Positions 9,766 to 18,456 of a stretch of DNA of 64,000 bases are shown here, one piece after another. The translations under genes were made by a program, and so were the position numbers. The number at the start of each line of letters is the position of its first letter. Position 1 is the stretch's first letter. The stretch is from Rhodopila sp. (GTDB lineage Bacteria > Pseudomonadota > Alphaproteobacteria > Acetobacterales > Acetobacteraceae): the NCBI GenBank assembly GCA_036263955.1, contig DATARX010000176.1:4582-68581 (forward strand). The letters are read 5' to 3'. Below the pieces are notes generated by a model that searched no databases, had not been told where the DNA came from, and saw only the letters and a program-made list of their open reading frames with translations.

Positions 9766-10023
9766 GGGTCGCCTCTCCTGCTTTCGTTGGACTTGCTATC
9801 GTTAGACGAAAACTAACATATTAATGGTATATTTCAAGTGTCGCGATGTCGGGCCCGCCCGGGTGTTTCATCCGCCGTTGCCCGGCGGCACATCGGCCGT
9901 GCTTGCAGCGCACGCAAATCCAACTGGCCCGGTCGTGATTTTTTCGTTGCGGGATCAGCGCGGCTGTCCAGAAGACGACCGTAACGGTTCCGCCACGGCG
10001 CCATCACGGGGCGGCATCGCCCC

Positions 10024-10077
10024 CGCCTCTTGCACCGGTACCGCCTCTTGCGCCGGTATCGCCTCTTGCACCGGTAT
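10024..10077. repeat. Tandem repeat, 3 x 18 bp (CGCCTCTTGCRCCGGTAY)
   Basis: Read directly; intergenic, about 70 bp upstream of the substrate-binding protein gene. Confidence 0.9.
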
Positions 10078-10146
10078 CACTGTCCATGGATACAGGCCTG
10101 CCAGGAACAAACATGACGCCACCATGGCGCGTAAGAGGAAACGCTG

Positions 10147-11364
10147 ATGAAACCCCTGAGTCTCACCTTTGCCGCCGGCGCGTTTTTCGCCGGACTGACC
10201 GCCGCCGTCGCCCAGCCCGCCCCCACATCCGCTGAACCCATCAAGCTGGGTCTGATCCTCGATATGGGCAGTCTGTATGCGGACGTGACCGGCCCCGGCA
10301 GTGAGCTCGCGGCGCGCATGGCGGTGGCTGATTTCGGCGGCAAAGTGCTGGGACGACCGATCGAGGTCATGGTCGCCGACCACCAGACCAAGGCCGATAT
10401 CGCCGCCGGTATCGCGACGCAATGGTTCGATACCGAACACGTCGTGGCGCTGCTGGACGTGGCGGCGTCCTCGCCGGCACTGGCCGTGATGAACGTTGCC
10501 AATCTGCGTCACAAGATCGTCCTGCTGAACGGACCCGGCGCGGCCTCGATCACCAACGAATCCTGCATCGCGACCGCGGTGCACTACACCTACGATACGT
10601 ATGCAACAGCCCGCGCGGTGACCAAGGCCGTGGTCGCCCAGGGCGGCAAGAACTGGTATTACCTGACCGCCGACTATACCTTCGGCAACCAGTTGGAAAG
10701 CGACAGTGCGGCATTGGTCAAGGCCGATGGCGGGGAAGTGTTGGGCGATGCGAAAGCGCCGATCAATACCTCCGACTTTTCGTCGTTCCTGTTGCAGGCG
10801 CAGCAATCCAAGGCACAGGTGATCGGCCTGGCGAATGCCGGCGCCGATCTGATCAATACCATCAAGCAGGCGGCCGAGTTCGGTATCACGCGTAACGGCA
10901 CCAAGCTGGCCAGCCTGGCCGCGAATATCAACGACATTCACGGCATCGGCCTGGAGGCGACGCAGGGCATGGTGCTGGCCGACGCGTTCTACTGGGACAC
11001 CGATGATCAATCCCGGGCGTTTTCGAAACGGTTCTATGACAAGTTGAAGAAGATGCCGAACATGCTGCAGACCGGGGTGTATTCGTCAACGCTGCATTAT
11101 CTGCAGGCGGTGCAGGCAGCCGGCACAACTGACAGCGGCCCGGTAATGGAAAAAATGCGGGAAATGCCGGTCAACGATTTGTTCGCCCATAACGGTCATA
11201 TCCGCGCCGATGGGCTGATGGTGCACGACATGTATTTGTTCCAGGTAAAGACGCCGGCAGAATCGAAGGGGCCGTGGGACCTGTACAAGCGCATCGCCAC
11301 CATTCCCGGCGACGAGGCTTTTCAGCCACTGTCCGAATCGCGCTGCCCGCTGGTGAAGAAGTAG
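10147..11364 (+). CDS. ABC transporter substrate-binding protein, branched-chain amino acid (LivK-like) family
   Basis: Signal peptide; ADHQTKADIA, LTADYTFG, DFSSFLLQAQ and C-terminal S.CPLVK. Confidence 0.92.
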   Translation: MKPLSLTFAAGAFFAGLTAAVAQPAPTSAEPIKLGLILDMGSLYADVTGPGSELAARMAVADFGGKVLGRPIEVMVADHQTKADIAAGIATQWFDTEHVVALLDVAASSPALAVMNVANLRHKIVLLNGPGAASITNESCIATAVHYTYDTYATARAVTKAVVAQGGKNWYYLTADYTFGNQLESDSAALVKADGGEVLGDAKAPINTSDFSSFLLQAQQSKAQVIGLANAGADLINTIKQAAEFGITRNGTKLASLAANINDIHGIGLEATQGMVLADAFYWDTDDQSRAFSKRFYDKLKKMPNMLQTGVYSSTLHYLQAVQAAGTTDSGPVMEKMREMPVNDLFAHNGHIRADGLMVHDMYLFQVKTPAESKGPWDLYKRIATIPGDEAFQPLSESRCPLVKK

Positions 11365-11417
11365 GCACAGGCGGCATTGCCGGCGTTACGCCCGCACCGG
11401 TTCCGGTGGCAGGAGCC

Positions 11418-12008
11418 ATGGGCCACCTGAACCGGAGCCGCCGCCGTGGAATACGCCCGCCACTTCAAGTTCCTGCTTTGCGCACCAGCAAGGCGGGAAC
11501 CCTGCTCAGCGCGCTGGTATTCTTCAAGCGACTGCACGACGACAACGCGCCGCTGGAGGACGTGATCCCCGAATTTGTCAGCAAGCGACCGTCGCGATAT
11601 GGCGGAATGCGGCTGCGCGACCTCTGCCGGCAGATGCACGCGTTCTATCGCGACCAGGACACCAGCGGCCTGCCACGCCGGCAGTTTCGTCCGCAACATT
11701 TTCCCGAACTGGCCATGCGGCCGCACGAGGCGGTTCGACGCCTGGTCAAAAACGACGTCGATTACCTGCCGATCGACGAACTCGCCGGCCGGATCGCGAC
11801 CACGCTCTGGGTGGTCTACCCGCCCGGGATCACCACAATCGTCCCCGGCGAACGACTGGACGAACGGGCGCAGCCGATGATCGACTACCTGAAGGTATTC
11901 GAGCACGGGGCCAACCTGTTTCCCGGTTTCGAGGCCGAGATCCAAGGCGTTTACCGTGAAAAGCAGCCCGACGGATCGTCCCGGATCTTTACTTACGTGA
12001 CCCGATGA
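11418..12008 (+). pseudogene. C-terminal fragment of an Orn/Lys/Arg decarboxylase (PLP-binding domain missing)
   Basis: SKAGTLLSAL..FKRLHDDNAPL, LRDLC, YPPG...PGE and FPGFEAEIQGVY are typical of the fold-I basic amino acid decarboxylase C-terminus; under 200 aa remain. Confidence 0.75.
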
Positions 12009-12104
12009 TCCCGTCCCTCTCGCACTTCCCGGTCAATCTGCTAGCATTGCCCACCTAATCGTCAGGGAAGCAAAATTCCCGGCAAAAGATGGGGGACTAC
12101 GACC

Positions 12105-13457
12105 ATGGAGGCGACACCATCGGGTGCCGGGCTGACGCACGAGATCACCAGGCTGGAGCGCGAGACGATCGCTCGCGTCACCCGCAGGTTGCTGCCCCTG
12201 CTGATGGCGTGCTATTTCGTTGCTTATCTCGACCGGGTAAACGTCGGCTTCGCGTCCCTGACCATGAACAAGGCATTGGGATTCACATCGGCGGTTTATG
12301 GTTTTGGTGGCGGCATATTCTTCCTGGGGTACTTCATCTTCGAAGTCCCCAGCAACGTCCTGCTCAGCAAGGTCGGCGCGCGACGCTGGATCGCTCGGAT
12401 TCTGGTTACCTGGGGCATCATCTCCGCCTGCACCGCTTTCATATCTGGTCCAATATCGTTTTATTCGGTACGATTCCTGCTCGGCGTCGCCGAGGCCGGC
12501 TTCTTTCCCGGCATCATCCTCTACCTGACCTGGTGGTTTCCGTCCTACTACCGGTCCCGTATTGTCGGCGTATTCATGGCGGCGATCCCGCTGTCCAACA
12601 TCCTGGGCTCCCTGGTATCCGGCGTCCTGCTCAATCTCGACGGATGGCTGGGAATCGCCGGATGGCAATGGCTGTTCATCCTGGAAGCCGCGCCCGCGGT
12701 GCTGCTCGGCGTGGCGTTCTGGGTCTACATGACCGACTGGCCGTCCGAGGCACACTGGCTGACAACCGAACAGCGCGACTGGCTGACGACGCGGCTGAAC
12801 GCCGAACGATCCCAGCGTGAGGCCGTGCGACACTATAGTCTGAAGCAAGCCCTGACCGATAAGCGCGTGCTGTTGCTCAGCCTGGTTTACTTCGGCGGCA
12901 ATTTCTCCGGCTACGGTCTTGTGCTGTTCCAGCCGCAGATCGTGAATCGCCTGTCGCAGGGTTTCGGCCTGACCGGCGTGATCAATGCTATTCCGTACGT
13001 GTTCGCAGCGACCGCAATGGTGTGGTGGGGCCGCCACTCCGACAAGTCGGGGGAGCGGCCGCGTCATGTCGCCATCGCTTATTCCGTCAGCGCGGCGGGA
13101 CTGATCGCCACGGCGCTGATGACCGATCCGGTGCTCACCATGGTTATGCTGGTGGTCACTGCCATGGGGCAGGCATCGACTGGCCCGACATTCTGGACCT
13201 TACCCACCGCAATGCTATCCGGCACCGCCGCGGCAGGAGGGATCGCGCTGATCAACGCGCTGGGCAATCTCGGCGGGTTTTTCGGCCCCTACCTGTTCGG
13301 GCTGATCAAGGACGCAACCGGGGGTAGCTTTACCTTCGGTTTAATGGCGATTGCGCTTGGGCCCATCATTTCCGCAACGATCGTGCTGGCACTGGGGCAT
13401 GACAGACGGCTGGAGCACATTCCGGCGCGGCCGATGCCCGCGCGTCGCGCGCCTTGA
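12105..13457 (+). CDS. MFS transporter, anion:cation symporter (tartrate/TtuB-like)
   Basis: YLDRVNVG, FEVPSN, EAGFFPG, GWQWLFILE. Confidence 0.92.
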   Translation: MEATPSGAGLTHEITRLERETIARVTRRLLPLLMACYFVAYLDRVNVGFASLTMNKALGFTSAVYGFGGGIFFLGYFIFEVPSNVLLSKVGARRWIARILVTWGIISACTAFISGPISFYSVRFLLGVAEAGFFPGIILYLTWWFPSYYRSRIVGVFMAAIPLSNILGSLVSGVLLNLDGWLGIAGWQWLFILEAAPAVLLGVAFWVYMTDWPSEAHWLTTEQRDWLTTRLNAERSQREAVRHYSLKQALTDKRVLLLSLVYFGGNFSGYGLVLFQPQIVNRLSQGFGLTGVINAIPYVFAATAMVWWGRHSDKSGERPRHVAIAYSVSAAGLIATALMTDPVLTMVMLVVTAMGQASTGPTFWTLPTAMLSGTAAAGGIALINALGNLGGFFGPYLFGLIKDATGGSFTFGLMAIALGPIISATIVLALGHDRRLEHIPARPMPARRAP

Positions 13458-13487
13458 CACCGCTGGAATGATACGGCCGGCACGATG

Positions 13488-13781
13488 CTACATCATCTCC
13501 GCCAACGCCTCGTCGATATCGACCGATGTCAGGCACCACGCGTTGTCCAGATATGCGACCACATGCCGCATGAACGCCTCGCTGAGCGATAGCGCCTTCA
13601 CGTCATCCCCCAGATGATCCGCCAGCAGTGCCAACGCCAGTTGCCTGGGGCCCGGGCCGGCATAGGTCCATTCGAATCCGGTCTTGTTGAAGCTTTGCAG
13701 ATCAAGGCGCGGCGGCAGCGGCGCGCCATCCACCGTTACCTGCGCCCCGCGCAGGGTCCGTTCGCCTTCGTAGGTTTTCAT
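13488..13781 (-). CDS. Conserved hypothetical protein (DUF6166-like)
   Basis: GFEWTYAGPGPRQLALALLAD motif; GGAG upstream of the ATG. Confidence 0.65.
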   Translation of the reverse strand: MKTYEGERTLRGAQVTVDGAPLPPRLDLQSFNKTGFEWTYAGPGPRQLALALLADHLGDDVKALSLSEAFMRHVVAYLDNAWCLTSVDIDEALAEMM

Positions 13782-14002
13782 GGCGAGTCTCCCCCGATGG
13801 TGCCGGCCGCCGCGTGCCCCGGCACAATCGGCATCGGATAGACCAGGTGGCCGCCGGTCACGTCCAGGTCGGTGTGGTACAGGCCGCCGGCGCCGATCCG
13901 AGCCAGAATCGTGCCGACGAGTTTGTATTCGGCTTCGAACCTCGCAGCCCGCAATATCTCGCCGGCGCCCGGCAGAACAGCGGCTCGGAAGCTTAACGGC
14001 AT
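13778..14002 (-). pseudogene. Degenerate N-terminal remnant of a zinc-dependent alcohol dehydrogenase
   Basis: GLYHTDL (canonical GLCHTDL) and PIVPGHAAAG (canonical GHExAG); stops after about 74 aa. Confidence 0.65.
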
Positions 14003-14165
14003 TGCGCGTCCCCCCACGCTTGGGCTCTTACCCGGTCGCGGACCCTTTATAACTTGATAGTATACCAGTTTGGCCGGCTCGTTATGTCAACTTGACTGTG
14101 TGACGGCATCGAAGCGCACATCACCAGGTGCTGAGCACATTACGACTCCGGCTGGCGGTGATACG

Positions 14166-15986
14166 GTGCCGTCAGTGAGTGATCCGATCCTCCCCTTCCT
14201 GCTCATGGATGCCGTCGCCCTGTTGCTGCTGGGCGCTTTCGCCACGGCCATGCCGTTGGCTGTCGTTACCATCGCGGCGGCCATGACAAGTGGCCTGGGT
14301 GCCCTGCTGTGCCTCCCCCCCTTGCTGCTGGGCGCGCCGGCGACGTCGTTCGGCATCCCCATCGGGCCGCCCGGACTGTCCTTGCACTTCGCGCTCGATC
14401 CACTGTCGGGTTTCTTTTTGCTCATCATGTTCCTGGCCGGGACCGCCATTGCCGCCTTTCAGGCCGTGGCCGTGTCCCCGACCCAGGTCTTGTCCGCCCG
14501 CATGACGGCGTTCGTCGTCGCCGGCACCGCCGTGTCACTGCTGGCCGCTGATGGCGTGGCGTTGACCGTCGGTCTTGCGGTTGTCTGTGCGGCGATCGGA
14601 TATCCGGCGCACCGGACCCGGGTGCTGATCCCGTTTGTGGTCCTGACCGCGCTCTGCCTGTTGACCCCACCCGGCTACGCCCCACGGTTCGACGCCATTC
14701 GAGCCGCGCCGATCGATCCGGATCGGGCGACCGCCACCGCCGCGTTGATGGTGGCGGCGGTGGGCGGTCTGATCTGGCCTCATGGCGTGGGGCGTTCATG
14801 GACCCGCGACGCACTGCGCGCCGGCGTCGTCGTCCCGATCGGATCCTACCTGCTGCTGCGCGTCATCGCCGACCTCCCCGGCGCTTCCACCCAGGCCTGG
14901 TGGGGTTTCGTTCTGCTGCTGGCCGGTGGTGCGGCCACCATTATCGAGAGTTGGCTCTCGGCCGTGCACCCCGACATCGATAGGGCGATCAGCGCCCTGA
15001 CGCGGCGCCAAGCAGGCCTCGCGATGATGGGTGTCGGGCTTGCCCTGATCGCGCGCGCGGCCGACCTGCCGGGCGCGGCTACCTTCGCGTTGCAGGCAAC
15101 CTGCCTGACCGCCATGGCCGGCAGCCTCGCCGGAACGGTGGCGTCGCTGTCCGCCCACACCATCGGCGCCAGTGCCGGGACGTATCGGCTGTCCCGCCTC
15201 GGCGGCCTGGTTCATGCGATGCCGGTAACCTCCGCGGCGCTATCCGCCGGCTTGTTCGCCGGGTCGGCGCTGCCGCCCAGCCTCGGGTTCGCCGCCTTTT
15301 GGCTGTCGTTTCAGTCAATCTTGTCCGCCCCCCGCACCGGCGGGCTGCCCTCGCAGGTGCCGCTGGCACTGGCCGCGGCGGCGATCGCCCTATCGGCCGC
15401 ACTGGCCATCGCCGCATCGGTCCGCATCGTGGGGATCGCGATCCTCGGCCGGCCGCGAACGCCGCAGGGGGCCGGTGCGCGCGAAAGCAAATCGCCCGTA
15501 CGTACGATCCTGCTAAGCCTGGCGGGCGCCTCGCTGGTTGCTGGCATCCTTCCAAGCCTTCTCCTGTGGCTATTGGCCGATCCGGCGATCCGCATCCTGA
15601 CAGGGCTTCCACCCGACCGGCAGGCAGGGCTCGCGCTGCTGGCGGTCTCCAGTTCCACCCCTGGCTATCTGGCACTCCCGGTGCTCGCGCTGCTGGCACT
15701 GATGACCGGAGCCGTGTTTCTGTTGCCGCGACGGTCGCGCAAGCCGGCGAAGATCGTCGGCCCCTGGACGGATGGCATGCCGCCGCCAATCGGACTGCCG
15801 TTCGGCGATCCGGCCGCGCAACTAACCGGCGCGGGGTTCCTGCCGACGCTGCCTGTCCTCGCGGCCCTCCGCCGGCCGCGGCTTCCATCATTGCCGCCCC
15901 TGCCGCGGCCGCGCGCATCCGCGGGGATCTGGCTGATCCTGGCGGCTTTCGGCGCGTTGCTCCTGGTGCTGGGCGTGATCGGATGA
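14166..15986 (+). CDS. hyfB: HyfB/NuoL-like antiporter-type membrane subunit (highly divergent)
   Basis: LDPLSGFF, RLGGLVHAMP, ALPPSLGF, LGRPRT; start uncertain. Confidence 0.75.
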   Translation: MPSVSDPILPFLLMDAVALLLLGAFATAMPLAVVTIAAAMTSGLGALLCLPPLLLGAPATSFGIPIGPPGLSLHFALDPLSGFFLLIMFLAGTAIAAFQAVAVSPTQVLSARMTAFVVAGTAVSLLAADGVALTVGLAVVCAAIGYPAHRTRVLIPFVVLTALCLLTPPGYAPRFDAIRAAPIDPDRATATAALMVAAVGGLIWPHGVGRSWTRDALRAGVVVPIGSYLLLRVIADLPGASTQAWWGFVLLLAGGAATIIESWLSAVHPDIDRAISALTRRQAGLAMMGVGLALIARAADLPGAATFALQATCLTAMAGSLAGTVASLSAHTIGASAGTYRLSRLGGLVHAMPVTSAALSAGLFAGSALPPSLGFAAFWLSFQSILSAPRTGGLPSQVPLALAAAAIALSAALAIAASVRIVGIAILGRPRTPQGAGARESKSPVRTILLSLAGASLVAGILPSLLLWLLADPAIRILTGLPPDRQAGLALLAVSSSTPGYLALPVLALLALMTGAVFLLPRRSRKPAKIVGPWTDGMPPPIGLPFGDPAAQLTGAGFLPTLPVLAALRRPRLPSLPPLPRPRASAGIWLILAAFGALLLVLGVIG

Positions 15987-16900
15987 CCATCCTGCTCTCG
16001 CTGGTCGCGCAGCTTCTGCATATCGGCCTGATGATCGCCGCGGCGCCGACCATGGCCGGCCTGACGGACTGGCTCGACGCCCGATTGACCGGAAGAGCGG
16101 GTCCGCCGGTGCTGCTGCCATGGCGCGACCTGATCCGCCTGTCGCGCAAGACCCCGATCCTGCTCGAAAGCGTCTCCGTCGTGTCGCGCATCGCCCCGGC
16201 GGTCGGGTTGGGCGCGACACTGTCCGCGGCCGCGCTCGTTCCGTCCTTTTGCCTCGGGATGGCACTCTCGCCGCTCGCCGACGTACTGGTGGTCGCCGCC
16301 CTGCTGGCGCTCGCGCGCGTCGCCGCCGCGCTGGCCGCGTTTGACTCTGGGGCAGCGGGCCCTGGATTGTCCCAACAGCGGACGGACGTCCTCGCGGTCG
16401 TGGCCGAACCGGCGTTGATGCTGGTCCTTGTCACGCTGGCGCTGATGGCGGGCAGCTTCAATCTCGACCTGATCATCGGCCAGCAACGCGAGGGCATCCT
16501 GTTTCCCGCCGCCGCCTCCGCTGTCGCTTTGACGGCGCTGCTGGCCTTGATCCTCGCCGATATCAGAGCGCCGGATCGCGGTGCCGAGGACATGTTCGGC
16601 GGGGTCGACCTCGCAATGCTCCGCACGACAAGATGGCTTCGCCACCTGCTGTGGATCGACCTGATCGGCGGACTTTTCCTGCCCCTCGGAATGGCCACGG
16701 CGGAAACCGGCCCGCTGCCATGGCTGCTCGGGCTGGCGGCCTGGTTGATCAAGCTGGGGGCGTCCATCTTCGCCCTGTCGGGGGTCCACGCGATGCTCGG
16801 CCGCATTCCGCGCCATGGTCTTATCGACCTCCTCGGCGTCGCGGCGCTGCTGGCATTGATTGCCACCATCATGGTCCTGACCAGTTTGGGAACGGCATGA
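15983..16900 (+). CDS. hyfC: HyfC/NuoH-like membrane subunit
   Basis: ARLTGRAGPPVLLPWRDLIRLSRK and AEPA; ATGA overlap with the upstream gene. Confidence 0.8.
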   Translation: MTILLSLVAQLLHIGLMIAAAPTMAGLTDWLDARLTGRAGPPVLLPWRDLIRLSRKTPILLESVSVVSRIAPAVGLGATLSAAALVPSFCLGMALSPLADVLVVAALLALARVAAALAAFDSGAAGPGLSQQRTDVLAVVAEPALMLVLVTLALMAGSFNLDLIIGQQREGILFPAAASAVALTALLALILADIRAPDRGAEDMFGGVDLAMLRTTRWLRHLLWIDLIGGLFLPLGMATAETGPLPWLLGLAAWLIKLGASIFALSGVHAMLGRIPRHGLIDLLGVAALLALIATIMVLTSLGTA

Positions 16901-18456
16901 TCGCGCTGGCACAAGGCATGGCCGGAGTCGCGCTCGTCATGGGTTTCGCGCTGCTGTGTATCCGGCAGATTGGCGCGGCATCGGTCCTGCTGGCCGTGCA
17001 ATGTGTCGCGGTCGCGGTTTCCGCGGTGACGCTGCAGCAGCCGCTCATGGCGATCCCGCCTGTACTTCTGGCCGTCGGCGCCTGGTTCGCGCCGGACTAT
17101 CTCGCCACGCTGGGTTCACCGACGTCGCCGATCGGCGGCTCGAAACTCGGCGTCAGCGCCGCGGCCGTGCTGGCGGTGCTTTGCCAGTCGCAGGGCAATG
17201 CCGGCCTGCCTCTCGCGATCGTCCTGCTGTCAGTCCTGCTCGCGGCAACACGGCGGCATGCGTTGATGCACGTTATGGCCCTGGTCGGGCTGCAGAACGG
17301 CGTCGTCCTGGCCGGATGCCTGCTTGGTCCGGCATCGATCGGTTCCGCGGTGCCGCTGCTGATTGCTGGACTTGTTCTGCCGCTACCGCTGGCGACCTGC
17401 CTGGTTTTACCCGCCCTGACCTGGCGATGGGCGCGCGCCGCACGCTGGGTTGGCTGGCTCGATCCGGCTCTTGCGCTGCTGGTATTCGCCGCCACCCTGC
17501 TGGTTCCCCTGGATTCCCTCGCCTCGATCTTTGCGCCGCTGCTTGGCCTGGATGGCGTGCTGCGGTCATTTCAGCGGCGGACGCGGCCCGCGATGTCCGT
17601 GGTCGGCCGAGGTCTGGCGCTTTTGACAGGCATCTTCCCGATCCTGGCGGTATGCGCGCCAAACCCGGTGATCGCCTGGCTCGCGATCCTGGCCTCGATC
17701 ATGGCGTCCCGGCTTCCGACCTTGGCGCGGCGGTGGAATGACGCGGTGCTCGCTTTCGTGGGTGCAGGCGTTGCCTTGTTCGGCCTGCTTTGGCTGATGC
17801 TGACCCCCACGGTCGTGGGCTATTTCGGCGTGTTCGCCGGGTTCGCGGCGATCGCGGCCGTGGTGCCGGAACTCGCCCCGGTCCTGGTCGTCCTGGTTCT
17901 CCGCCTCGCCGGCCAGACATCGTGGCCGCCGGCGGCCGAGGCAATTGGGGTCGGCGTCGCCTTCGGTGGTTTGCTCGCCTGCGGTGCCGTCGCGATACTC
18001 CGGTCATCACGACCCGTCGTGTCGTTGCTGCAGCAGGGTCAGGCCAGCATCGCGGCATTGTCCCTTTGCCTCGGATGGGCGGATGGGCGGTTCGCCGCGC
18101 TCGTCTTGCTGATCCTGTTGTTCCTTTGCCGATCCGCGGCGCGGATGAAGCACGAACCGGTCGCCAGTTTAGCGGTTGCCGGTCTCTCCGGGGCGCCGCC
18201 TCTGGGCGTGTTTCCCGGCCTGGTTCTGGTTGCGTTGGCACTCGCCAATCACCATCCGTGGCTGCTGCTTCCCGTGGGGTGCGCCTTGGTTCCAATCCTG
18301 CTGGCCGGCCTGCCCCGCCGCCTGCTGGCTTTCTCCCCCGGACGGGCGATCCCATCGATCGGCTGGCTGCCCTTGGCACTGGCGCTGCTGATCGGTTACT
18401 TCGCGCCGGACGGGCTGGTGCGCTGGTGGCACGTCCTTACGGCAGGCCAAGGATGA
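16897..18456 (+). CDS. HyfE-like N-terminus fused to a degenerate HyfF-like membrane domain
   Basis: N-terminal TRRHALMHVMALVGLQNG resembles HyfE; C-terminal GLSGAPPLGVF resembles HyfF GLPPFG.F; ATGA overlaps on both sides. Confidence 0.6.
   Translation: MIALAQGMAGVALVMGFALLCIRQIGAASVLLAVQCVAVAVSAVTLQQPLMAIPPVLLAVGAWFAPDYLATLGSPTSPIGGSKLGVSAAAVLAVLCQSQGNAGLPLAIVLLSVLLAATRRHALMHVMALVGLQNGVVLAGCLLGPASIGSAVPLLIAGLVLPLPLATCLVLPALTWRWARAARWVGWLDPALALLVFAATLLVPLDSLASIFAPLLGLDGVLRSFQRRTRPAMSVVGRGLALLTGIFPILAVCAPNPVIAWLAILASIMASRLPTLARRWNDAVLAFVGAGVALFGLLWLMLTPTVVGYFGVFAGFAAIAAVVPELAPVLVVLVLRLAGQTSWPPAAEAIGVGVAFGGLLACGAVAILRSSRPVVSLLQQGQASIAALSLCLGWADGRFAALVLLILLFLCRSAARMKHEPVASLAVAGLSGAPPLGVFPGLVLVALALANHHPWLLLPVGCALVPILLAGLPRRLLAFSPGRAIPSIGWLPLALALLIGYFAPDGLVRWWHVLTAGQG

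Noticed and set aside
9880-9910. Sigma-54 promoter upstream of the SBP gene
   Set aside because: The GG and GC elements are not at the required GG-N10-GC spacing.
10024-10077. Possible CRISPR array (also the repeats at 25753, 57213 and 60472)
   Set aside because: Units are directly adjacent with no unique spacers, only 2-3 copies are present, and there are no cas genes.
15079-17001. Long antisense and alternate-frame ORFs here and across the window (e.g. 57350-58588, 60477-62111)
   Set aside because: These are expected shadows of real genes in high-GC DNA: Arg/Pro-rich or antisense-biased, with no recognisable motifs.
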